Part shown: in pieces, positions 20,650 through 30,561 of the stretch
How positions within the stretch are numbered: position 1 is the first letter of the stretch
How the letters are laid out: each line of letters starts with the position of its first letter
DNA from: Spirochaetaceae bacterium
Lineage (GTDB): Bacteria; Spirochaetota; Spirochaetia; DSM-2461
Direction: 5' to 3'
DNA: 64,000 bases
NCBI GenBank assembly: GCA_965224705.1
Contig: OZ245056.1
Span: 128,001 to 192,000 of the forward strand
Position numbers and translations under genes: made by a program
The notes under the pieces: model-generated
The model's input: the letters and a program-made list of their open reading frames with translations, nothing else
Told to the model about the DNA's origin: nothing
The model's database searches: none

Positions 20650-21234
20650 TCAAACTTCATTCTGAGTTAATTGAGGTGATAAGTTTCTCAATCTATCTAC
20701 TTCAATATTCTTTATCATCAGCCTATAGAATCTATTGTAAATAATCTTCTTTTTTTCTATATAATCCTTTGCACTAATAGAATAATTACTATTTATAATA
20801 ATTTTTTGCTTCTCTTGAGAGTAATCTTTTGCTACTTTTGGGAATTGTTGCAACAAATTTCTAAAGCATACCAACTCTTGCCAGTCTTGAGATTTGTACT
20901 GGGTTAGATGAATATGAAAAAAATGTACTTCTTTCTTACCCTTCCAAAGGATTAGCCTGTTTGGTAGCATTTCCAACAATTCTTCTATCAAAAAATAATC
21001 ATTTTCAATCAATTTTTTCTTAATACTGATTTTTTGTGGTTCGAACGTGTATCCAATAACAATATCAATAATTGGTTTTGCGTAAATATTGGGTACTGCC
21101 GTACTACCTACATGCTGGATTAAAGCATAATCAAGCTCCAATAGCTCAAATAGTTTTGATTGTTCTTTTCCAAATTCTCCTTTCCAATAATCAAGATGAT
21201 TTTTTTCAAGTGTAACAGTCCTATCTAAACTCAT
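20650..21234 (-). CDS. GrpB family protein (nucleotidyltransferase fold)
   Basis: QHVGSTAVPNIYAKPIIDI, HIHL, FRNLL...Y...K motifs. Confidence 0.85.
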   Translation of the reverse strand: MSLDRTVTLEKNHLDYWKGEFGKEQSKLFELLELDYALIQHVGSTAVPNIYAKPIIDIVIGYTFEPQKISIKKKLIENDYFLIEELLEMLPNRLILWKGKKEVHFFHIHLTQYKSQDWQELVCFRNLLQQFPKVAKDYSQEKQKIIINSNYSISAKDYIEKKKIIYNRFYRLMIKNIEVDRLRNLSPQLTQNEV

Positions 21235-21253
21235 TTTTAACTCTCCGCAAAAA

Positions 21254-22006
21254 TTAGTGTTGCATTCTTCCTGTCAATACAACAGGTTCATCAGATTTAA
21301 GCTTGTATTTCCTGGATTCCGAGTACATAAAGTCTTTCATATGTCCAAACGGCTCAATTTTTTCTACCTGAGGATGAAAAAAATATCTGTGATATAAATT
21401 CATTTTATATTGCTCAAAAACTGGAACTGAGTAAGAAAGAAAATTTTTCCAAATAATGAATGTCGGCTCATGATGCAGTCGATATCTCAGTTTTCTATCC
21501 GCATAAAAATCATGACATACATATTTACCCAGTTTTGAAGATTGAGAAGATATTGTATTGTTAACCTGACGATAACGCTCAACCTTTATACTTTCAAAAA
21601 TATCCTGGTTATACCGGTAGTACTTTGGGAATCCTCCTCCAAACAAACAAACATCTCCCCCAAAATTCAACATCTTCAATACTATTGCTGTAAATGGATA
21701 TACAATGCTGTATTTATGTTGCAAAATAGGTAGCTCTTTTTTGCAAAATTCATCAAGAAACATGTTTCTAATTGTTAATTTCAAATTCTTGTTATGTAAA
21801 AATAATTTTAAGCTTTTTTTCTCGACAGTATCCAAATCTGGGTAATAGTCAACAAATATGCACTCAAATTCTACTCCTAGGCATAGTAAACGATAGGCTA
21901 AGAACTGACTATCGACACCTCCTGATAAGAATAGTGTTATTTTCCCATGTTTTTGAATCTCAAGGAGTTTCTGATCTACGTATTCAAGCCATGGGCAATC
22001 ATTCAT
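21254..22006 (-). CDS. PP-loop (adenine nucleotide alpha-hydrolase) domain protein
   Basis: TLFLSGGVDS PP-loop motif near the N-terminus. Remainder unassigned. Confidence 0.6.
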   Translation of the reverse strand: MNDCPWLEYVDQKLLEIQKHGKITLFLSGGVDSQFLAYRLLCLGVEFECIFVDYYPDLDTVEKKSLKLFLHNKNLKLTIRNMFLDEFCKKELPILQHKYSIVYPFTAIVLKMLNFGGDVCLFGGGFPKYYRYNQDIFESIKVERYRQVNNTISSQSSKLGKYVCHDFYADRKLRYRLHHEPTFIIWKNFLSYSVPVFEQYKMNLYHRYFFHPQVEKIEPFGHMKDFMYSESRKYKLKSDEPVVLTGRMQH

Positions 22007-24311
22007 TTCTTGTATCTAATTGCCATTCTTTTATGAGTAAATCCAGGTATTGTAAAGTACGTTTGTTCTCTGGATCATTACACTTTTCATAGATATTACG
22101 TAATTCTTTAATCCTTTTTTTAATATCCGGGATTATCTTTTTAGGGTTGGTGTGATATAAGTGTCCAAAGATATACTTATGCAAAGGATGAGTTTCTTTT
22201 TTCAAAACTTCCAGAATCTTTTTTTGCAACTCTTTGTCGAAAGCTCTATAGAATGGTTTTGGTCTTTTCGGGTTAATGGGGTCCTGTTCATCTTCATTTG
22301 TAGTGTGCTTAGGGTTGGAATCAAGCCATTTGAAATATAAAAATTTGGTTTTGGCTTGATAATCCGAATTGTAGAGTTGGATGGATGCATCATAATACAA
22401 GGTAAGAACTCTCTGATATGTTGCCATTATGGATTTCATATCCTTATTTTCATTTTCTTCTATGCGCTTGAGGTTTTCAAGAAATAGTTTTGACTTCTTC
22501 TTATTCTGTTCGTCCATTAACACATAGAAGAAACGCTCTAGGCAAAATAAAAAAGCTCTTCGGAGAGATTCAGGAACTTTTGTGTAAATATCAGAAATTG
22601 CTTTCTTCTTATTTTTTTTGGGTTCATCGCTTAATGAAAATTTCTCATGATACAAAAGTGAAGCGATAACCCATTCATAAACAGAGTCATTGAATCTATC
22701 AATAGAAATACCATCATCTGGTTTACCACTATCTGGTTGCTCATCAAGAATTGAAACATACAGAGCTAACGCTAACAGGATTTTTTGACTTTTCTTTTCT
22801 AATTTTATTCCATCAGAATAATACAATGGATATGATTTGCTCCCCTCTATATCATTTATGTAATCATAAACCTTTCTTTGGTCTTCTCTATTATTACTGA
22901 GTTCCTGCACGATATTTGGGTAAGTTTTCCATAGGGTCTTCGTCATATCCAATACTTCTTTACAGTGTGTTTTATAATCTATACGGAGTCTAATAACTTC
23001 TAACTTCTTCTTATGATTCTCCCATTTCTTTATGCATGTATCAATGCTTGTGTTCTCCGCTATTCCCGAGATTAAAATATTGCCTTTCATCATATTGGGC
23101 AAGTCTATATTGTCTGTATTAACTATCCAGTGAAGCGACTTAAGTGCATAGACGGCATAATAATTCTTCAAGGTATTCGTAAACTCATCATGATTTTTAT
23201 CAAGATTATTATTAGATAAGTTAAAACACTTATATATATTATTATTGCCTTGGCTACAAAGGTTTTTTTTATAAAACTCTAGCCTCTTCCTGAGTAGTCT
23301 ACTTGCGCTATCAAAGTCCACTATGATGACCGTTTTGTTAAGAGGAGACATTGGATTCAGAAGTGTATTGGCTACATCAAACATACTGTAAAATTCTGGT
23401 ACTCCATTATCATGATCACTGAACTCTGTACGCTTGAATTTTATCTCATCAGCATCATTTCTGTTATCATTATGGAGTTTGTATTGATATTTATTTTTAG
23501 ATTTGCAACAGTTGAAAACTATCTTGTAGAAATTCTCATATAGAACATAACCATCCTTACTCAGGTAATTCAAAGGAATTCTTTTAATTGGCAAATCCTT
23601 AAAATGCTTATTAGCTTTTGTAGGCTTCTTCATTTCTAGCGCAGTCTCTCCCAATTGATATAGATTAAAATTATCATGGTTTTCACTACGTGCTAGTTTT
23701 TTGAGAAACGTGACATGAGGCTCATATCTTGTGAGGGATGTACCTATAAACAAGCATGTTTGATTGTTTGTAGTTAATAATGGATCATGAAATTTAGCCA
23801 ATTTATCTGATATTTTTTCAGAGATTTTTTTCCTTGTATTAATCAGACTAGATGGACTTAGTATAGTTCCATGCAGATAAATCAAACTACGGATTTTGGG
23901 ATAAATAGGTCTAAAAAAATCCTGATTTTCTAAATGCTCATCATTTTCATAAGTCATTGGATAGAATGGTTTGAAACCATCCCCTTGTTCTCCAGATTGG
24001 GAACCTGCTCTGAACCTAATGGCTTGTATTAAAGTGAGTAAAGTCAAATCATGATTCGTTGTTACTATATATTTCCAGTTCAATGACAGAAAATCCAAGA
24101 CATTTTTTCCTCGCTCAAGCAGATCGGCTGTATTGCTTACATTAATAGCAGTTTTACTTAATTCTCCTGCTTCCTCTAAGTAGTTTTCCAATTCAGACCA
24201 AAGAGGAAACCCGAACATCTTCGAAAACCCAGCCCCAAGCCAAAGCACGGCCTGCCCTCCTTCGATAGATTGGATCAAAGTATTCATTCCCTCTTGTGAG
24301 ACATTTTCCAT
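21999..24311 (-). CDS. SIR2-like domain protein with long unassigned C-terminus
   Basis: WLGAGFS, IVTTNHD, YLHGT, LFIGTSL (SIR2_2-type motifs) in the first ~200 aa. Confidence 0.8.
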   Translation of the reverse strand: MENVSQEGMNTLIQSIEGGQAVLWLGAGFSKMFGFPLWSELENYLEEAGELSKTAINVSNTADLLERGKNVLDFLSLNWKYIVTTNHDLTLLTLIQAIRFRAGSQSGEQGDGFKPFYPMTYENDEHLENQDFFRPIYPKIRSLIYLHGTILSPSSLINTRKKISEKISDKLAKFHDPLLTTNNQTCLFIGTSLTRYEPHVTFLKKLARSENHDNFNLYQLGETALEMKKPTKANKHFKDLPIKRIPLNYLSKDGYVLYENFYKIVFNCCKSKNKYQYKLHNDNRNDADEIKFKRTEFSDHDNGVPEFYSMFDVANTLLNPMSPLNKTVIIVDFDSASRLLRKRLEFYKKNLCSQGNNNIYKCFNLSNNNLDKNHDEFTNTLKNYYAVYALKSLHWIVNTDNIDLPNMMKGNILISGIAENTSIDTCIKKWENHKKKLEVIRLRIDYKTHCKEVLDMTKTLWKTYPNIVQELSNNREDQRKVYDYINDIEGSKSYPLYYSDGIKLEKKSQKILLALALYVSILDEQPDSGKPDDGISIDRFNDSVYEWVIASLLYHEKFSLSDEPKKNKKKAISDIYTKVPESLRRAFLFCLERFFYVLMDEQNKKKSKLFLENLKRIEENENKDMKSIMATYQRVLTLYYDASIQLYNSDYQAKTKFLYFKWLDSNPKHTTNEDEQDPINPKRPKPFYRAFDKELQKKILEVLKKETHPLHKYIFGHLYHTNPKKIIPDIKKRIKELRNIYEKCNDPENKRTLQYLDLLIKEWQLDTRNE

Positions 24312-24316
24312 AGTAA

Positions 24317-25408
24317 CTACTCCTTTCTGATTGGCGCATTTCTCTCAAAAGCATTTTGATTGCCTTGATAACACCACTGATTACTTGAGGTCCGGGATTT
24401 ATCTATTGGAATAATTTTAATTGAGGAGACAGGATTCTGCTTATTGGTAATCCGAGGGTTTATTTCCATGTTTTTCTCATAATGGAACAGGCCGTTCAGC
24501 TGCTGGCAAAACTTTTTAATTGCCTGCTCTAGTTTATTTTCATCGATATCTTTAATTGACAGATTTGCACTTCTATTTCTTCGGCAAAAACTCAAGGTGC
24601 CGTCAGGCTGAATAAGCAATGTAAAAACACCCTCTGGGCAAGGAAATATTGGGCATTTTCGACAAAATTCTAAATAGGTCGCGGTGGTTTGTTTTGTTTT
24701 TATTTTTACTGAAATATTTTGATATTCAAAATATTTCATCGTCAAGCCCAAACCCAAGCCTTCCTCTTTAATCAAAGTGCATCCTTTTTTCAGTAACATC
24801 TGCTCAACCTCCTTGACTGTCTGATACTGATGATGGAAAAATCCTACTCCATCATACTCATGTTCTTCCAAATCACATAGCTTCAAATCACATTGATTCA
24901 CCGAGCAAAATTCAAGAATGTTCAAAACATCTTCCTGGTTATATTTCATCAATACCATAAGTATTTCTATCGAAGCTTTATTTTTTTTTAATTCAACAAT
25001 ATTTTTGACAACTTCTTCCAGTATAGAAGTACTCGTTATTGCGCTATATTTTTTTTCATCTAATGAATCCAGGCTTATCCTTAACCTGGACAATTGTGCT
25101 AACTTTTTAGGTTCTATCAGTTTTGAGCCGTTTGTATTCAACTGAATTTCTATTGATTCGGATATCAATTGCGTCATGAGGTTTAAGTATGAGTTGAATT
25201 CAGAGTGAAGTGTTGGTTCCCCTCCGGTAAATCGGAACATTTTGGCTCCCTGCTTAATCAGTGACCCTATTATTTTATCTGCCAGATTAAACGGCAACTC
25301 TCCAGATACGCCCATATGAGATTCGCCCATAGGAGGACAGTAGGCACAAAATTGGTTGCATTTTGTATTTATAACAACTGTTATCATTGCATTTATTAAA
25401 TTGGTCAT
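24317..25408 (-). CDS. radical SAM protein, MoaA-like with C-terminal Cys cluster
   Basis: CNQFCAYC, FTGGEP, NTNG, ISLDS. Auxiliary CRKC-x4-CPEG...SFCR. Confidence 0.85.
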   Translation of the reverse strand: MTNLINAMITVVINTKCNQFCAYCPPMGESHMGVSGELPFNLADKIIGSLIKQGAKMFRFTGGEPTLHSEFNSYLNLMTQLISESIEIQLNTNGSKLIEPKKLAQLSRLRISLDSLDEKKYSAITSTSILEEVVKNIVELKKNKASIEILMVLMKYNQEDVLNILEFCSVNQCDLKLCDLEEHEYDGVGFFHHQYQTVKEVEQMLLKKGCTLIKEEGLGLGLTMKYFEYQNISVKIKTKQTTATYLEFCRKCPIFPCPEGVFTLLIQPDGTLSFCRRNRSANLSIKDIDENKLEQAIKKFCQQLNGLFHYEKNMEINPRITNKQNPVSSIKIIPIDKSRTSSNQWCYQGNQNAFERNAPIRKE

Positions 25409-25410
25409 AT

Positions 25411-26421
25411 TCAAAACTCCTCTGCCAATAAATTGTCAATTTTTGGCCTTGGCAACTGGTTCATTCTGGCAGCGACAAACGAGCCATTATGTGTACCTCC
25501 ATTGTAACTTGCCACTGCTTGCTCTAATGTTGTAGTTAACGAGTCCTGAGGGATATAATTGGTACTCTCATAAACTTTTTCAGAAATGTATGAATGATTG
25601 AACAGAGTTAATTCCCAACCAATACTCATAGAAACAATTTCTTCGAATGTAATGGCTTTGCAGGTAATTCCATCGGATAATCCAAGAATTTTTGAAAATG
25701 TTTCAAAATAGTCAAAACACAAAAAACTCTGGGGACTGCAAACATTGAATACTTGTTGAATACATTTAGCATTGCCAATTACACGGCATATCACTTTAGC
25801 TAAGTCACTGATCGAAATGAAAGAACTTAAAACCTCTCCTTTCCTATATAAATATATGCTTTGACTGTTCAACAATGTTGTTGCCAACCTAACATCTCTA
25901 TTGTGCTTTGGTAAACACCCGGCCAAAGTCTTTTCTCCTAGGACATGATAGGGCCTTAAGATAGAAAAATTTGCCTTTGACTCTTCTATCCAATAGTGCT
26001 CCATTGAAATCTTTCCATCAGCATAACCTCCCAACACACCCATATTCGATGTATTTCGATTTTCATCAAAAGGAATCTTTGACTCATCTGATTTCCTATC
26101 TCGACAATATACCAATGTGGAAGACAAAAGTATATACTGTTCCGATTGGCCAAATAATAGGTGAGTAAACTTGGCATGAGCATGGTTTTTGGATATTAAG
26201 TCAATCACAGCCAATAGTTTTGGGTGGTTTTTATTGATTAAAGCGGCCTGTAAGGCATAACTCTCAGAGAATATATCTGCTTCATAGAAGATTTGGTTTT
26301 TCGCAGAGCTTGGTTTTTGCTTATCTAGTATAATGACAAAGAACCCATTGTTGACAAGTTCAACGCAAATACTCCCGCCTATAACACCACTTCCCCCAAT
26401 AACTAAAACCCTGTTATTCAT
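25411..26421 (-). CDS. NAD-dependent epimerase/dehydratase (extended/atypical SDR)
   Basis: VLVIGGSGVIG, LSSTLVY, YADGK (YxxxK), ILRP. Start moved to ATG 26421. Confidence 0.8.
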   Translation of the reverse strand: MNNRVLVIGGSGVIGGSICVELVNNGFFVIILDKQKPSSAKNQIFYEADIFSESYALQAALINKNHPKLLAVIDLISKNHAHAKFTHLLFGQSEQYILLSSTLVYCRDRKSDESKIPFDENRNTSNMGVLGGYADGKISMEHYWIEESKANFSILRPYHVLGEKTLAGCLPKHNRDVRLATTLLNSQSIYLYRKGEVLSSFISISDLAKVICRVIGNAKCIQQVFNVCSPQSFLCFDYFETFSKILGLSDGITCKAITFEEIVSMSIGWELTLFNHSYISEKVYESTNYIPQDSLTTTLEQAVASYNGGTHNGSFVAARMNQLPRPKIDNLLAEEF

Positions 26422-26516
26422 TGTTCTGAATCCGTATAAGAATAAAAAACAAAGGCTCAATCTTTTATATATAATAAATTACGCAAAAATTCAATTAACC
26501 CGGAAGGTGAGCCTTA

Positions 26517-26740
26517 TGAAGATAGATACTACCACAGAAGCTTTAACCCGTACAGGGGGAATCACACTGGCAGGAAAAATATTTAAAGAAATTGGACTGG
26601 AATTCACATCCGATACCATACTTTCGGGCGCAACAAACAAATCATAAAGACAATGACCAGACTTCCAAAGGGATGAATGGTTATTCTCCCATCTTCAGCT
26701 ATGTGGTAAGGAAGGTTATATGATGGACTGTGAACTAAAC
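26517..26740 (+). pseudogene. IS1380 family transposase remnant
   Basis: MKIDTTTEALTRTGGITLAG N-terminus, then a fragment KGMNGYSPIFSY/GKEGYMMDCEL. Internally deleted. Confidence 0.6.
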
Positions 26741-26840
26741 TTTAATGGAAAATTACAATATTTGATTAAGCACATTTTGTCTGAATGATCTTCTCGTAAT
26801 CCACTGGAGAAACCATGTCGATTATAATACACCTCAATAT

Positions 26841-28056
26841 GTGTCATGCCAACCATTAAGCAACAAATAAATACGCTTGAGTTTAATTCGAGCTTGATCT
26901 ATAGAGAATTGCCAATCGACGGTGGCGTTCTTGTTATTTCTGTGTTCTTGCCATGCCCCAGATTCAAATGAAACCTCCTCTATCTTGTCTATTCTTCTGT
27001 TAAGGCACTGTCCCATCAATACATTCAACTCTATTTCAGCCGTGTTAAGCCAGCTACCGTGTTTCGGAGTATAGACAAACTCAAATCTGTTCAGAAGACT
27101 TTTTGCTTTTTCGGGTGTGTACGCCTCGTAAAAGGCGCCGGGAACATGAGTGCCGTCATCATCCATGACCAGAATTTTCTTTCAGCCTTTTCGTACAGCG
27201 AAGCTATCTCCTCCATGAAAAACGCCCGGTCGGCTTTCGTTTTCCTTTCCGTGATCTTCACGTATCGTTTACCGGCAAGAAGTTCATTCGCCATAAAGAC
27301 ATTGCACACCCCACATCGTTCGTATTCGCAGTCATAACGGTATGGTCGTCCTTTACCCTGGGCTATCGGTATTCTGGTCTCTCCAATAAGCTGCGTGGGA
27401 GATTCGTCCATACAAACTACCAGGAACGCAGAGTTATACGGCCTTTTGTACACCCCCAGGACTTTTTCCATTGCAGCCGCAAAATCAGAATCCTGTTCCG
27501 GGGGGATCACCCAACCCTGACTTTTCCAGGGTTTGATTTCGTTTTTTTAATACTTTTCTTACAGTTTCATAGGATACGCTTTGCACGTAACCCAACTCAA
27601 CAACTCTGTCGGCCAGCAGCCTTAACGACCAACGGGTAAAGCCATGCGGCGGTTCTGAACAGCTAAGAGCGACAAGATGAGCTTCAAAATCCCCATCCGC
27701 TTTCCTGTCATACACACGTTTGCCTTTATGACCGTTCAAGGCTATCTCCATTCCCTCCTCTACAAAACGCTTTTTTACGTGGTCTATACGCCTCATGCCA
27801 ATATTCAAGATATGCGCTATTTCTTCGTTCGTGCTTTTATGCGTCTGGTAATCACCTCTGTCGCAGGAGGCAGGATCAAGGCGTTTATCAGTTTTCGCGA
27901 TCTATGGACTCCTCTGGACTTTATTCCCTGTAAATACTGACGTTCGTCTTCACTTAAGGTCACCCGGTATCTAACTTGCATTACTATTCCCTCTATATAG
28001 ATAAGATGGGGATAGTTTACTTCATTTTTTGCGTTGTTTTAAGGTTGACATGACAC
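26841..28056 (-). mobile_element. IS630 family element, degenerate transposase
   Basis: 14-bp TIRs GTGTCATGCCAACC / GGTTGACATGACAC. ORF pieces WSLRLLA, VCMDES, YTPKHGSWLNTAEIE. A-run slippery site plus two extra frameshifts. Confidence 0.85.
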
Positions 28057-28058
28057 GA

Positions 28059-28354
28059 GGACTCTAAGACTTCGAGGCAATTTCTGATGTTTTTACTGAT
28101 GCAAGGCGGCCTGTCCGCCGACAGACAGGCAAAAACGGAGTGCAACTGAGCTGCGTGAGTATTCTGGCAGCTCAGCAGCAAGATATGCGAGTCTATGGAC
28201 TCGCATCCTGAGAGAGTGCCGAGCGATAGCGAGGAAAAGCCGCCACGGATGGCGGCGAAAACGAACGAAGGCGGCTCTCCAGAAGCAAGCAGGAGGCTTG
28301 CTTCTGGAGAGAAGGGCAGAAATCGAGCCGTGAGGCGGAAGTCCGACGGGCTTC
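28059..28354. repeat. hairpin-rich MITE, copy 1 (left end truncated at IS630)
   Basis: Near-identical core to 60653-60940. Degenerate right TIR AAGTCCGACGGGCTTC. Confidence 0.85.
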
Positions 28355-28530
28355 TGGGGAAGTCGGGGTGGGACGGACAGAGGGGAAAAGGTTCGCCGGG
28401 CTCAACAACCTCAGTTCTGTCCGCTATCTCATTGGGTGAGGAGGGTGTGTGAAAACTCTGGGGGATCGACTCGGCAAATCCGGGAAGTATCCTGTGCATT
28501 TATAGAAATTTTGGCGGATTTCAGATAAAA

Positions 28531-30561
28531 TCAGGGAACGGACAGGAGTCTGGATCGGAATGCAGGATCGGGTGCCGTTGTATTCTCAGGATACTCCGGG
28601 ATATCCAGAAAAAACACTTCATCTCCAGTTGAGATGAAATCAAATTCACCATTCCGTATGAATTTACCCTCACTCAATGCCTCCGAAATATCAGTGATAT
28701 TGACACTTCCAAGATAATCAGAAACTGGATAATCAATTCCCTCCTCTGTAACAGCGGGACGTGCGGCCCCCTTTCGAAGAACCACAAGAGATGCATCCTT
28801 CTCAATACCCTGCCACCGGCCCTTATTGAGAAGCAGAGTATCTCCCTGCACATCCAGTATGGATATTTTCATTGGGATGAAGGAGGATACATCCTGAACG
28901 AGCAGGTTCAAGCTGTCCTTAACTTTTTCCTGACCCGTCCTCAACTGTGTCACCTGGGTCACAACCTCCCCTGTTCTGCCAAGGTAGACTGTTGCAGCTG
29001 CACTGAAACTGCGATCCGTTTCGGCGAAATTGAGTAATATGAAGTAATCCACTGTCTCACGAGCCGTTCTAAATGCCTCGGTATAGCTGCTAACTTCCCG
29101 TACTCCAGGTCGAATTCCCCCATCAAGATTGACTACGGAAATTTCTGATCGGGCATCCAGCAGATTTGCAGCATGAGATGCCACGGCCATACCTGCCCCC
29201 TCATGATTATGAAACAATTGCTTCTCAAGAATAATAAATACTCCGACTTTCCAGTCTGAGGGAGGAAAGTTCCATGGGTCGTCTATACCCCAATCCCCGG
29301 CAAGACTGCTGATTTCAGAATGCTCAAGCAGATTGAGATACTTTTGAACAGAAGACTGTCTTTCAGAATCATTTTGAAGCTCAACTGTAATCGCATATAA
29401 CTCATCTCGATATTTCCCGGGGAAACCCATGAGACGAATCAGATTGGCATATTTCAACCAGTGTTCCACGTTGGTACTGTCGATTTTCCTGGCCCATTGG
29501 TAAGAAACCAATGCCTGCCTGTAGTAATAGGATTCCTCAAGCCTTTTTCCCTTATTGATATGCCAGGAGGCCGCATCTGTACGAAACTCCATCAGGCCAT
29601 CGATAGCCTGCACCAGAGGTGCTTCTCTGAAGATTCTTGTCACCTCATCATCAGGATTCTGTCTCAGCAGAAGTCTCAAAAAACCCTGAGCAGTCGATTC
29701 CTGTCCCAGATCCCTGTAGATTCTGGCTTTGAGGAACAGCAATTCCGAATCCTCATCACCTGGGATGGATTCCAGGTGGGCAAGAGCAGCAGCAGGATCT
29801 CCCCGCCTGAGAGCCATGGAAGCATTGAGAATAGAAATACGTCTGTAACGTCCATCATGGGGCCCCTGAAGCATTGCCCTGGCATGATCAAGGTGTTCGG
29901 CCACTTCATCCCACTCGTCATACAGAGCATGGTGTTCAGCAGCCTGTATCCTGAGATGTAAATCATTGGGATACAGCCTGAGAGCTTCTGTTAAAATGTT
30001 CTCTCCCTGAGTTTTTTCTCTGGCATTATCATGAAGTATGATCAGCTGCAGCAGGACTCGCAGGTTTCCCGGAGAGTATTCGAGACTGCGATTATAGGCT
30101 CTGTCCGCCAGATCCCTCCTGCCCTGTATCGCATAAACCTCTCCAAGACCCTGGTTTACCTCTGAATCATACGGTCTTCTTGTCAATAAGTCAGTATACA
30201 GAGCAATCGCTTCATCATATCGAGCAAGAGCTGTGAGGATTCTTGCCTCAATAATAATTCGTCGTTTATCCTGGAAGGTATAGCGTTTGGCTGCTGTTAT
30301 TTCCTTGTATGCTTCTGAATACTCACCCAGAAGATATAAGGCCTCCGCCATGCTCAAACGGGCATCAGCATACGATGGATTAAGTATGATGGCCATCCTG
30401 AATGACTCAATGGCTGTGTAGTAATCATCCGATTCCATCGCCTGTTTCCCAATTCGATAGAGATCACGTTCCCTGATTTTTTCATTGGCATATAATTGAT
30501 CTGTACTGGAAAAAAAAGAAATCAAACAGAGAATAAGTAAGTGCAATTCTTTTTTATTCAC
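28531..30561 (-). CDS. tetratricopeptide repeat protein, exported
   Basis: Signal-peptide-like N-terminus from GTG 30561, multiple TPR units. Follows corC as in spirochaetes. Confidence 0.75.
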   Translation of the reverse strand: MNKKELHLLILCLISFFSSTDQLYANEKIRERDLYRIGKQAMESDDYYTAIESFRMAIILNPSYADARLSMAEALYLLGEYSEAYKEITAAKRYTFQDKRRIIIEARILTALARYDEAIALYTDLLTRRPYDSEVNQGLGEVYAIQGRRDLADRAYNRSLEYSPGNLRVLLQLIILHDNAREKTQGENILTEALRLYPNDLHLRIQAAEHHALYDEWDEVAEHLDHARAMLQGPHDGRYRRISILNASMALRRGDPAAALAHLESIPGDEDSELLFLKARIYRDLGQESTAQGFLRLLLRQNPDDEVTRIFREAPLVQAIDGLMEFRTDAASWHINKGKRLEESYYYRQALVSYQWARKIDSTNVEHWLKYANLIRLMGFPGKYRDELYAITVELQNDSERQSSVQKYLNLLEHSEISSLAGDWGIDDPWNFPPSDWKVGVFIILEKQLFHNHEGAGMAVASHAANLLDARSEISVVNLDGGIRPGVREVSSYTEAFRTARETVDYFILLNFAETDRSFSAAATVYLGRTGEVVTQVTQLRTGQEKVKDSLNLLVQDVSSFIPMKISILDVQGDTLLLNKGRWQGIEKDASLVVLRKGAARPAVTEEGIDYPVSDYLGSVNITDISEALSEGKFIRNGEFDFISTGDEVFFLDIPEYPENTTAPDPAFRSRLLSVP

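Noticed and set aside
24317..25408. Calling the radical SAM gene moaA or a prokaryotic viperin
   Set aside because: It lacks the MoaA C-terminal GG and moa neighbours, and lacks the viperin N-x-H...CNYxCxFC context.
28017..28499. ORFs of 160, 85 and 71 aa here and similar ORFs at 60540-61101
   Set aside because: They read through the palindromic MITE on both strands. Their similarity reflects the DNA repeat, not a protein family.
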